Translations under genes and position numbers: made by a program
Notes under the pieces: generated by a model
Told to the model about the DNA's origin: nothing
Database searches by the model: none
Seen by the model: only the letters and a program-made list of their open reading frames with translations
Assembly: GCA_965197645.1 (NCBI GenBank)
Contig: OZ240219.1
Span: 864,001 to 928,000 of the forward strand
Length of the DNA stretch: 64,000 bases
Reading direction: 5' to 3'
From: Dehalococcoidia bacterium
GTDB taxonomy: Bacteria > Chloroflexota > Dehalococcoidia > Plut-88900
Part shown: in pieces, positions 37,649 to 47,863 of the stretch
Layout of the letters: each line of letters starts with the position of its first letter
How positions within the stretch are numbered: position 1 is the first letter of the stretch

Positions 37649-39595
37649 ATGAAGCTCTCCCGTATCCATCTGGTTCTCCCTTCGCTGGCAGTTTTGGTCT
37701 TGGCTCTGGCCTGCGGCTCCGGTGCACCGGGGGTCGTCTCAACCCCTACCATCGAACCCGCTGAAGACTCGGTGGAGGGCGCAATCGAGGTATCCTTTCC
37801 CGACATTCCCACCCCACCCGACCTCGACCTGTATGCCCTCGCCGAAGCCTTTGGGCTGAGCCCGGATGGGGCCATCCCCCGCCTGACCGCCATCGATCCC
37901 CATGACGAGGCGATAGGCGTCCAGCGGACGTTCTGGATCGTCGACCTGGACGAGCGGGAACCCCTCCAGGTCTCTGCAACCCTGCGATACATCAGCCCCC
38001 ACCTCTACATGTACGTCGAAGATGGACGAGGGGTATCGGAGGAGGACCTCGCCGAGGCTGCCCAGGAGTTCGAGGAGGTGATCTACCCCGCTATGGCTGC
38101 TCGATTTGGCGGTCTGCCGGACGCCGGAGACGACGGCGCCGGACGCCTTACGGTGCTCCACGCTCGCATTCCCGCCGTGGCGGGCTACTACAATCCGGCC
38201 GATGAGTATCCCTCCTTGATAAACCGCTACAGCAACGAACGGCGAATGATGTACATCAACCTGGACGCCGCCTGGCCCGGGACGGCCTACTACTCCTCGG
38301 TGCTGACCCACGAGCTTCAGCATGCTATCCACGCCGCGGCCGATCCCACAGAGGAGGGATGGATCAACGAAGGACTGTCGACCCTCTCGGAGGAGATCGT
38401 TGACCCGCAAGTGACATGGTATCTGTACTACAGAGACGAGCCGGACACCCAGCTTACCGGCTGGGGGGTCGACCCGGGCACTTCCGGCAAACACTACGGC
38501 GCAGCCTATCTGTTCATGAAGTACTTCAGCCAGCACTATGGCGGCCCGGAAGCGGACGGTGGGATCAGCGCCCTGGTCTCCCATCAGGCCGACGGCATCG
38601 AAGGAATCAACGCCTACCTCTCCGAAAGCGGATACGAAACCGACTTCGAAAAGGTGTTCAAGGACTGGGTCGTGGCCAACTACCTGGACAAAGCGGAGGG
38701 CGGTATCCACAGCTACGAGGACCTGGATTTCCGGCTGCCCACGACCAGGAGGGCAACCGACTACGGGCGCATCTCGGGGGCGGTGCCCCAGTATGCCGCT
38801 CACTATGTGGCCGTGAGCCTGAAACAAGGCAGCGCCCGCATAGTGTTCCACGGCACTCCACAAACGAGACTCCTGCATAACCAGGCTCACAGCGGCAGCT
38901 GGCAGTGGTGGAGCAACCAGGGCGATGCCATCAACTCCACCCTCACCCGTGAGGTGGACCTGCTCGGCCACAGCGAGGCCAGCCTGGATTTCTGGGCCTG
39001 GTACGATATCGAAGATGACTTCGATTTCGCCTACGTGGTGGCCTCAACCGACGGGGGCCGCACCTGGGATATCCTTCGGGGAGACCACTCCACCGACGAT
39101 ACTCTCTTGGGCAATAGCTTCGGACCTTCCTACTCGGGCGTCAGCGGGGACGGAGAGAACCCCCAGTGGGTGTTCGAGAGCATAGACCTGTCCCCCTACG
39201 CCGGTCGAAAGGTCCTGGTCCGGTTCCAGTACGTCACAGACGGAGCCGTCAACATTCGCGGCCTGGCCATCGACGACATCTCCATCTCCGCCGTCGGATT
39301 CGAGGATGATGTCGAACATGGGGACGACGGGTGGATTGCGGAAGGGTTCGTCCGCATCCCGGACCTGGTGCCCCAAAGCTTCTCCGTTCAGGCCATCCAC
39401 TTTGGCGATACGGTCTCAGTTAGCGAGGTCCCCCTTTCGGCCGGGCAACGGGGCGAGCTGACGGTCCACGGCTTCGGCAGCGAGATCGATGAGGTGGTGC
39501 TGGTGATAGCGGGGACCACTCCCTTCACCAACGAGCTCGCCTCCTACTACGTTTCGGTCCTGCCCGTCTTAGATCCGGGTAGTGCCTCGTTTTGA
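37649..39595 (+). CDS. Lipoprotein zinc metallopeptidase (immune inhibitor A/M6- or M30-like)
   Basis: Lipobox LALAC, HELQH plus WINEGLS, and C-terminal WYDIE..FD.AYV and DLSPYAG...RFQYVTD. Confidence 0.8.
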   Translation: MKLSRIHLVLPSLAVLVLALACGSGAPGVVSTPTIEPAEDSVEGAIEVSFPDIPTPPDLDLYALAEAFGLSPDGAIPRLTAIDPHDEAIGVQRTFWIVDLDEREPLQVSATLRYISPHLYMYVEDGRGVSEEDLAEAAQEFEEVIYPAMAARFGGLPDAGDDGAGRLTVLHARIPAVAGYYNPADEYPSLINRYSNERRMMYINLDAAWPGTAYYSSVLTHELQHAIHAAADPTEEGWINEGLSTLSEEIVDPQVTWYLYYRDEPDTQLTGWGVDPGTSGKHYGAAYLFMKYFSQHYGGPEADGGISALVSHQADGIEGINAYLSESGYETDFEKVFKDWVVANYLDKAEGGIHSYEDLDFRLPTTRRATDYGRISGAVPQYAAHYVAVSLKQGSARIVFHGTPQTRLLHNQAHSGSWQWWSNQGDAINSTLTREVDLLGHSEASLDFWAWYDIEDDFDFAYVVASTDGGRTWDILRGDHSTDDTLLGNSFGPSYSGVSGDGENPQWVFESIDLSPYAGRKVLVRFQYVTDGAVNIRGLAIDDISISAVGFEDDVEHGDDGWIAEGFVRIPDLVPQSFSVQAIHFGDTVSVSEVPLSAGQRGELTVHGFGSEIDEVVLVIAGTTPFTNELASYYVSVLPVLDPGSASF

Positions 39596-39692
39596 ATTGC
39601 TCACGCCTCGCTCCGCTAGCTATAGGGTGTTGACAAACTATAACGGCCCACTTACGATTGACACGTGCATTAGCTGGGGTGAGGAAGGACAC

Positions 39693-39890
39693 ATGACCAC
39701 CATTGAACAACGAGTTGGTCAGCTAGAGGGTGCTTATCAACACCTTGCAACCAAGGAAGACGTGGCAGGGTTGAAATCTGAACTGAAAGGCGACCTGCTC
39801 AATGTTGTCATCAAGTTGGCTGGTTTACAGCTTCTCGGTATAGGCGCAGTCGCCGCCATAATGCACTTCCTGGGAGGAGGGGGGTCATAA
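39693..39890 (+). CDS. Small coiled-coil plus TM protein (DUF1640/CCDC90-like)
   Basis: LATKED motif followed by a hydrophobic C-terminus. Confidence 0.65.
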   Translation: MTTIEQRVGQLEGAYQHLATKEDVAGLKSELKGDLLNVVIKLAGLQLLGIGAVAAIMHFLGGGGS

Positions 39891-39892
39891 TC

Positions 39893-40138
39893 ATGCGAGG
39901 ACCTAACGGAGAAAAGAGACCTAGGGACCCCATCGCCCGTGCTGTCATGGTAGCAAAGATAGCTACTGGCGAGATTGAAGAACAGCTGCCATCTAAGCGG
40001 CGCAACGGCGGCCTGAAAGGCGGCCCTGCCCGTGCTAAGGCCCTCAGCCCAGAGCGGCGCAGGGAGATAGCAAAAAAGGCTGGTTTGTCGCAAAAGAAAA
40101 ACTTGACTGCGGAGGAGAAGGGCGGAATCGAACCGTAA
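39893..40138 (+). CDS. Small basic protein commonly associated with IS1/IS1595-type elements
   Basis: KRPRDP...IATGE...GGLKGGPARAKALSPERRREIAKKA. Confidence 0.75.
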   Translation: MRGPNGEKRPRDPIARAVMVAKIATGEIEEQLPSKRRNGGLKGGPARAKALSPERRREIAKKAGLSQKKNLTAEEKGGIEP

Positions 40139-40204
40139 TGCTAGGTTGAGCTAGCGATTCGGGGGGTCTCATCCCCCGTCCCGTCCAACGGGCAACCCTC
40201 TCTC
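40110..40204 (-). tRNA. Non-canonical tRNA-like gene (allo-tRNA-like; anticodon GAG)
   Basis: Minus strand folds into an acceptor stem GAGA(G)AGGG/CCCTTCTC, D-stem CCCGT/ACGGG, 6-bp anticodon stem around the loop ATGAGAC, a long variable arm and a 3-bp T-stem with loop TTCGATT. Confidence 0.6.
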
Positions 40205-40296
40205 AAGGCCCTGGCTTAGTCCAGGGCCTTCCCTATTCTATCAACCCCCTATACGGTATTGACAAGCTGAGAAGCCTGAACGTAAGGTGTACGCGA

Positions 40297-40409
40297 CTTG
40301 ACGGTCATTCGTGTCGTAATCCGGCTGGGCATTCGAGGCAAGGTAAGCCAGAGGGATTTCGCCCTTTCATGCCCCCTCTGGCCCTGCCGGGTTGCGGATG
40401 ACCGTCAAG
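40297..40409 (+). ncRNA. Predicted long structured RNA or leader
   Basis: Nested stems CTTGACGGTCAT/ATGACCGTCAAG, CGTAATCCGGC/GCCGGGTTGCG and GCCAGAGGG/CCCTCTGGC, just downstream of TTGACA-18-TAAGGT. Confidence 0.45.
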
Positions 40410-40474
40410 CACCGAAATCCTGATGGCTCGGAGGGGGCACCAGCTTGTCCCCTTCGCACAAAGGGGGCACGTGC

Positions 40475-40858
40475 ATGGCGCTCACAGATAATCGGCAAGT
40501 TGCCCGAATAGGTTTCCGTATCGTAGGCCCGCTGATGATGATAGTCACGGCGGGTTTTTTGGTTTTCGGCGGCGTCATCCTGGGGTTTGCCTTGGACAAA
40601 GAAGCACCGCATTTCACCACCAGGCTCTTCGAGAAATATCCCTGGTGCTTCGACGGATACCCCGATCAGATATTCAGCCCTCGCGACTGCCTGGCTCGAT
40701 TCATACAGGCGGAGGCGCATCGCGGGGCGGACTACTGGGACCAACGGCGTCTCCAAGACGAGGCCGACCTACTGGCAATGGATGAAGAGGAACGGGCCGC
40801 CGTTCTTGAAGCCAGGTGGAGCGCCTACCGTCTGTGGAAAGACACGGACGGCCTGTAG
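40475..40858 (+). CDS. Hypothetical membrane-anchored protein (IS cargo)
   Basis: N-terminal TM helix; GGGG RBS. Confidence 0.5.
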   Translation: MALTDNRQVARIGFRIVGPLMMIVTAGFLVFGGVILGFALDKEAPHFTTRLFEKYPWCFDGYPDQIFSPRDCLARFIQAEAHRGADYWDQRRLQDEADLLAMDEEERAAVLEARWSAYRLWKDTDGL

Positions 40859-40876
40859 CTAGGTGAAGGAGAAAGT

Positions 40877-41080
40877 ATGGCTAATGAAGTAGGGTACTGC
40901 CAGCACGTCGGCGGATGGACAAACAAGGGATGCCAGAACGAGGCCCTATCCGGTGACACCTTCTGTCATGCACACCAGGTACAGCGTGACCAAGACGCTG
41001 AAAATCGCAAGTGGATGAAACGGCTAGGCCTAGGCATTGTCGTGCTCGCTGTTCTCATCACTGCCATTGTCTACATATAG
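40877..41080 (+). CDS. Small Cys/His zinc-finger-like plus TM protein (IS cargo)
   Basis: C-x10-C-x9-C-x2-H and a C-terminal hydrophobic helix; AAGGAG RBS. Confidence 0.6.
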   Translation: MANEVGYCQHVGGWTNKGCQNEALSGDTFCHAHQVQRDQDAENRKWMKRLGLGIVVLAVLITAIVYI

Positions 41081-41138
41081 GCTGTAGGCCCTACAGTAAG
41101 GCCAGCCAGCAATAGGGCAACAAGAAACGGAGGACACC

Positions 41139-41390
41139 ATGGACGGAGACATACAGGCTTTTCCAGTGTCGGAGGTCGAGCACGTAAACGGGATGATGAC
41201 TCTTGTAGCAAAACACCCCGGCATGACCCTGCGGGACTACTTTGCAGGGCAGGCCCTAAGTGGTCTACTTGTATGGCATGAAAGAGACTGGCCGACAGCG
41301 GTAAGGGCAGCGTACCAGGCCGCCGATTTCATGTTGGAAGTGAGAACAGCTAATGAAGGTACCGGAGAACCTGCAAGAGAGCAAGCCTAA
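41139..41390 (+). CDS. Phage-type small conserved protein (IS cargo)
   Basis: AFP...GMTLRDYFAGQAL...AYQAADFML motif, common in phage hypothetical proteins. Confidence 0.7.
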   Translation: MDGDIQAFPVSEVEHVNGMMTLVAKHPGMTLRDYFAGQALSGLLVWHERDWPTAVRAAYQAADFMLEVRTANEGTGEPAREQA

Positions 41391-41574
41391 ACTCAGGCGA
41401 CTCAGGCCCATCACCGTCCAGGATATTGACCTGCCCTTTGCTGCTGTCTTGGCCCTGGTGTTCAAGTGGAGTGTAGCTGCTGTGATAGTCGGGGCGGGTT
41501 GGGCTGTAGTGGGTGTTCTGCTCTGGTATCTGGTCTGGAATATGCTGTCACCGGAGACGGCTCCGCGGTTCTAG
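41353..41574 (+). CDS. Small membrane protein (IS cargo)
   Basis: VQDIDLPF...KW.VA followed by a TM helix. Confidence 0.5.
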   Translation: MKVPENLQESKPKLRRLRPITVQDIDLPFAAVLALVFKWSVAAVIVGAGWAVVGVLLWYLVWNMLSPETAPRF

Positions 41575-41759
41575 GGTAGGTTCCGGGAGGTATTGACACC
41601 CTGCCAGCTTGTCAGGCCTGCCCTGCGGAATATGGCCCGGTTTTTACGTTCCTGGCGGCGGCGCTCAGCTTGTTCCTCTCGCAGTTCCTTCTCATGTCGC
41701 TCAGGGTCAATGCCCAGGGCAAGAAGGGTTTGCCGGTCTCGTGGAGTATCATTAGGCAT
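41571..41759 (-). CDS. Small charged hypothetical protein (IS cargo)
   Basis: GGAGG RBS; 62 aa, Arg/Glu-rich helix. Confidence 0.45.
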   Translation of the reverse strand: MPNDTPRDRQTLLALGIDPERHEKELREEQAERRRQERKNRAIFRRAGLTSWQGVNTSRNLP

Positions 41760-42017
41760 AAGGCCTCCTAGCCAGTGGCCTTGACAAGCGGCGGCTAGGG
41801 CCTTAACATGGAGTCAACGTTGGGTTAACGTTGTTTGTCAAGTCCGCTGGACTCTCAAGAAATCCCTTTGCCGAGGGGTTTCTTGCTATCTATTCAGTTC
41901 CCTCTATCATATCACGCCTGGCCGCCAACTGCTCACAGCCATTGAAATAACTATAAACTCTTGACATTTACGCCTGGACCCTGTATTATTTAGCTAGTAT
42001 TAAGACAGGGGCAGGCA

Positions 42018-42914
42018 ATGAATAAACTACCCGAAAACCTACGAATACAGGCCCTCAACATGCTGGTGGAAGGCTCGTCCATGCGCTCCATCAGCCGAGT
42101 GCTGGGCATTACGCTCAACTCCGTTACGAAGCTGCTGGTGGATGCTGGAGAAGCGTGTGTTGCTCACCACGACGCAACGGTCCGGGAAGTCACGGCCCGG
42201 CATGTTCAGTGTGATGAAATCTGGTCGTTCTGCTACGCCAAGGCGAAAAAGGCTCCCCACGCTCAGGGCATCATCGACAGGGCTGGGGATGTCTGGACCT
42301 GGACGGGCATAGACAGCGACACCAAGTTGATTATCTCTTGGCTGGCTACACCTGGTCGTGACTCCGCCTTTGCCCTGGAGTTCATGGATGACTTAAGGGC
42401 CAGGTTAGCTAACAGGGTACAGCTCTCCACAGATGGTCACAGGGCCTACTTGGAGGCTGTAGAAGGGGCGTTTGGGGGAGACGTGGACTACGCCCAGCTT
42501 ATCAAGCTCTACGGGCCGTCTGAGGAAGAGCAGTCGGGTGGACAACGGCGGTACTCTCCCGCTCACTGCGTGGGGATTCGCAAGGTGGATGTGGTTGGCA
42601 GGCCCAACATGGATGAGCTTAGCACGTCCTACGTGGAGCGTCACAACCTTACAATGCGAATGGCTATGCGTAGGTACACCCGGCTCACTAATGCCTTTTC
42701 TAAGAAGCTAGAGAACCACATGCACGAACTGGCTCTGTACTTTACCTGGTACAACTGGATCAGGCCTCACAAGAGCCTGCTAGGGAAGACCCCGGCACAG
42801 AAGGCGGGGCTGGCTGACAGGGCCTACGATATACGGTGGATAGTCCAGATGATGGACGCCAGGGTACCGAAGCAGAAGCGGGGACCGTACAAGCCAAGGG
42901 TCACGGTGGCCTAG
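42018..42914 (+). CDS. IS1-family DDE transposase
   Basis: N-terminal HTH (LVEGSSMRSISR), QCDEIWSF, STDG, TSYVERHNLTMR..RRYTRLTNAFSKK and YNWIRPH motifs. Confidence 0.93.
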   Translation: MNKLPENLRIQALNMLVEGSSMRSISRVLGITLNSVTKLLVDAGEACVAHHDATVREVTARHVQCDEIWSFCYAKAKKAPHAQGIIDRAGDVWTWTGIDSDTKLIISWLATPGRDSAFALEFMDDLRARLANRVQLSTDGHRAYLEAVEGAFGGDVDYAQLIKLYGPSEEEQSGGQRRYSPAHCVGIRKVDVVGRPNMDELSTSYVERHNLTMRMAMRRYTRLTNAFSKKLENHMHELALYFTWYNWIRPHKSLLGKTPAQKAGLADRAYDIRWIVQMMDARVPKQKRGPYKPRVTVA

Positions 42915-43121
42915 AAGCGCTTCGCGGCGAACGTCACGAGCAGTTTTAACACCAGGTGGCGGCGCTCTCGCTCACTCTCGGCCAGATAGTCCAAACGCCG
43001 TGTGGCTGTCATCAGTAATTTCCTACCTCTCTTGCCTTGTTTAGCACGGTCTATAGCTTGTCAAGGGCATCTTATCTGGTTTATTATTCGTCTCACGTTA
43101 CACTAGTAGCGGAGGGGCGAA

Positions 43122-43601
43122 ATGACAACCAAGAAAGAAACCGCACCTAGTCGCGACCTCACTTTCGAGTGGGGACGGACCGCTTCGGCAGACCTGGCCA
43201 AAATCGGTGATACCATTGACTCTCGGGCGATAGGTATCTTCGCAACGGGCAGTCTCATCATCGGCGTTTCAGCTACAGTTGTTGAGACTATCTTGGACTG
43301 GTCGAGCCTAGCATTACTGTTCGTTGTGGCTGGTTATCTGGCAACAGCGGTGTTCGGTTTGCTCATAGTGTTTCCACATCCTGCACCAGGCCCGGACAAC
43401 CCCACGACACTTAGGAAACGGTACTGGCCTATGCCACCTGCAGAAGCCCAAGAGGAGTACTGGCAGTGGGTGGAAGATGAGTACGAGCAATGGTACCCCA
43501 AAGTGAACAAGAAGGGGCGTTATCTCAGGTACGCTATCGGCGGGCTAGGTGTAGAGGTTTCAGCACTTATTGTCTGGGTTATCCTCGTTACTGGCTTCTG
43601 A
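43122..43601 (+). CDS. Three-TM membrane protein (IS cargo)
   Basis: IDSRAIGIF, two TMs, a soluble loop, then NKKGRYLRYA and a C-terminal TM. Confidence 0.6.
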   Translation: MTTKKETAPSRDLTFEWGRTASADLAKIGDTIDSRAIGIFATGSLIIGVSATVVETILDWSSLALLFVVAGYLATAVFGLLIVFPHPAPGPDNPTTLRKRYWPMPPAEAQEEYWQWVEDEYEQWYPKVNKKGRYLRYAIGGLGVEVSALIVWVILVTGF

Positions 43602-43842
43602 CGAGTCCTTTTCTCTGGGCGAACCTTTCTCTGACCCCATGCTCAAGCGGATGATGTCAGCGTCGGCCATAGGCTTCATTCGCAAAACGGAGTCTTTAGG
43701 ATTGCCGCCAGTGCCTTCATCCTGTGAGTCCCCGCCGTTGCCGTCTTTTTCTTTCTCAGTCATGTTTGTATCCTCCAAGGCACTCATTGTCGGAAATTGA
43801 TTGGTCAGTGTCAATACCCTATACGAAAGAAAGGAAGACACC

Positions 43843-44076
43843 ATGGAAGGTCACACCCACATCATCCAACTAAGCGCCCCTAACATCGAAGTGAAAGCCA
43901 AGGAACTCTATCCGGCAGGAGACAGCAGCACGCCGAACAAGTTCGTGGTTCAGTGTCCCGATTGTGGTACTGAGGTTCTCGAATTCAAAGGGCAGGTCAA
44001 AGAAGTGTTCCATATCCCTGGCAGTGGGCTAGACAAGATACGCAAGGGGCTGGAGGAACAAAAGCCTAATCCCTAA
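43843..44076 (+). CDS. Small protein with a CPDCG knuckle (IS cargo)
   Basis: HTH...CPDCG potential metal site; AGGA RBS. Confidence 0.45.
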   Translation: MEGHTHIIQLSAPNIEVKAKELYPAGDSSTPNKFVVQCPDCGTEVLEFKGQVKEVFHIPGSGLDKIRKGLEEQKPNP

Positions 44077-44206
44077 CCCCCTCTCCCTCTCTCCCAAATT
44101 CACCAATTTCAAACTGAGGCACTACCTAGATCCGTGACCCATTTTGAGGCTAACAGCACGGATGCTATAATCGAGATTCGTCGTATCATCCTCATCCGGA
44201 GAGACC

Positions 44207-46029
<1,823 letters not shown>

Positions 46030-46079
46030 TCTACGTGGGTCCTCGCTATCCGATACGGAGAGCCTGCGGATGCAGTCCG

Positions 46080-46165
46080 GGGAGTCCAGAGGGCTTCCCT
46101 CTGGCGGGGGCCTGGGGGACGTACCTCCAGATAAAACATGTCTCACGGTGGACGGGAGGGAAAAC
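46080..46165. repeat. Dispersed REP-like repeat (similar copy at about 47670-47750)
   Basis: CCTCTGGC.GGGG..TGGGGGA.GT.CCTCCAGAT.AAA...GTCTCA.GGTGG..GGGAGGG.AAAC is shared by both loci. Confidence 0.65.
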
Positions 46166-46217
46166 CAACAAAGGGTGGTAGACTGATACAAAGGTTGACC
46201 GAAGGGAGGCAAAGACC

Positions 46218-46394
46218 ATGACTACAACAGCTGAGTGTCGGGTTTGTCACAAGAAGGTGGAGCACTGGATTAACCGGGAGAACAGGATCTATTGCCCTGA
46301 CTGCTTCAAGAGCGCCCTGGACAGACGGGAAGGCCTCTCCACCAACCCCAACGAGGAAGCCAATCCCCGGGACATGCACTCCGACGATTCCTGA
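46218..46394 (+). CDS. Small CxxC/CxxC zinc-finger protein (58 aa, below the ORF-track cutoff)
   Basis: MTTTAECRVCHKKVEHWINRENRIYCPDCFK...; GGGAGG RBS. Confidence 0.6.
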   Translation: MTTTAECRVCHKKVEHWINRENRIYCPDCFKSALDRREGLSTNPNEEANPRDMHSDDS

Positions 46395-46534
46395 TCGAAG
46401 TTGCTGTTGACGGCCTCTCAGCCTGACGAGCGTGCCTCTCGGATGGTATCATGACGCCGGCGAACGGCTCCGGCTCTCCAACCCATGCCCGCTGATCTAA
46501 CGAGGCCGGACAACGCTCAATCAGGAGGTGACAG

Positions 46535-47551
46535 GTGGCGACTAAAGTAGGCATCAACGGCTTCGGGCGCATAGGCAGGCAGGTCCTCCGGGCCATCCTC
46601 CAGTATCACGGTGACGAGCTCGACGTCGTGGCCGTCAACGATCTCACGGATCCCGCCACCAACGCGCACCTGTTCAAGTACGATACCAACTACGGCCGGT
46701 ATCCCGGCGCCGTAGAGGCCTCCGATAGCACCATTACCATCGATGGCCACACCATCAAGGTCCTGTCCGAACGGGACCCGGGCAAGATACCCTGGGGCGA
46801 CCTCGGCATCGAGATAGTCGTCGAGTCCACAGGCTTCTTCACCGATGCCTCCAAGGCCGCCGCCCATAAGGATGGCGGCGGGACCAAGAAGGTGATCATC
46901 TCGGCGCCGGCCAAGGGCGAGGACTTCACGGTGGTCCTGGGGGTCAACGAGGATCGATACGATCCTGGTAAGCACCACGTCATGTCCAACGCCTCGTGCA
47001 CCACCAACTGTGTCGCTCCCCTGGCCAAGGTGCTCAATGACAACTTCACGATAAACAGCGCTCTCATGTCCACCATTCACGCCTATACCAACGATCAGAA
47101 GATCCTCGACCAGGTGCACAGCGACCTTCGAAGGGCCCGAGCCGCCGCAGCCAACATCATTCCCACCTCCACCGGCGCCGCCAAAGCCGTCGGCCTCGTC
47201 CTACCCGAGTTGCAGGGCAAGATCCACGGCATGGCCTATCGGGTCCCCGTACCCACGGTCTCCGTAGTTGATCTGGTGGCCAACGTCGAGCGACCGGTCA
47301 CTACGGACGAGGTCAACGAGGTGTACCGGTCGGCCTCCCAGGAGACCCTGAAGGGCATCCTGGAGTACTGCGATGAGGACCTGGTCAGCAGCGATTTCAA
47401 GGCCAACCCCGCCAGCTCCATCTTCGATTCGACCTGTACCATGGTCATGGAAGGCACGATGGTCAAGGTACTCAGCTGGTACGACAACGAGTGGGGCTAC
47501 AGCTGCCGTACCGCCGATTTGACGGCCTTCGTCGCTGAAAAAGGGGTATAG
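46535..47551 (+). CDS. gap: Type I glyceraldehyde-3-phosphate dehydrogenase
   Basis: [19 protein letters not shown] and [10 protein letters not shown] motifs. Confidence 0.98.
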   Translation: MATKVGINGFGRIGRQVLRAILQYHGDELDVVAVNDLTDPATNAHLFKYDTNYGRYPGAVEASDSTITIDGHTIKVLSERDPGKIPWGDLGIEIVVESTGFFTDASKAAAHKDGGGTKKVIISAPAKGEDFTVVLGVNEDRYDPGKHHVMSNASCTTNCVAPLAKVLNDNFTINSALMSTIHAYTNDQKILDQVHSDLRRARAAAANIIPTSTGAAKAVGLVLPELQGKIHGMAYRVPVPTVSVVDLVANVERPVTTDEVNEVYRSASQETLKGILEYCDEDLVSSDFKANPASSIFDSTCTMVMEGTMVKVLSWYDNEWGYSCRTADLTAFVAEKGV

Positions 47552-47555
47552 GCCG

Positions 47556-47750
47556 CGACCATCCCCCTGTCCCCTTCCTGGCCAGGAAGCGGAGGGGGGG
47601 AAATGCTGAGGCAGGCTCTCAGCTCCCAGCAAAGAGGATTCGCCCTCTCTTGCCTCATGTTATGGGCGCAGGGCGTCCTGCCTCTGGCAGGGGGTTGGGG
47701 GATGTTCCTCCAGATGAAAAACGTCTCAGGGTGGTTGGGAGGGTAAACTA
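47556..47750. repeat. Composite REP-like repeat region
   Basis: CGACCATCCCCCTG.CCCCTTCCTGG..AGGAAG matches about 11222; the second half matches about 46095. Confidence 0.62.
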
Positions 47751-47863
47751 ACCTGGAGCGGGGAGAAAAACGCATCGGACGATGCGCTTTTCTCCAATCC
47801 CGAAGATTTACTTCGCCGGAAAACTGAACATTCCCTCTAGGCGGAGCGTTAAGGAGACATGCA

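Larger units (their letters stand above)
39578..44126. mobile_element. IS1-family cargo-carrying element, 4549 bp
   Basis: Terminal IRs GGTAGTGCCTCGTTTTGAATT / AATTTCAAACTGAGGCACTACC. 8-bp direct repeat TAGATCCG at 39570-39577 and 44127-44134. Internal IS1-type transposase; visibly more AT-rich than the flanks. Confidence 0.92.

Noticed and set aside
40110-40204. Canonical tRNA-Leu used as an integration site
   Set aside because: The fold is non-canonical, it lies inside the IS rather than at its boundary, and no duplicated tRNA 3' end was found.
43560-43844. Minus-strand acidic ORF in the IS cargo
   Set aside because: Low complexity, overlaps the neighbouring gene and has no recognisable motif; cannot be supported.
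46165-46217. c-di-GMP-type riboswitch (GCAAA motif)
   Set aside because: Too short, and the required paired stems were not found.
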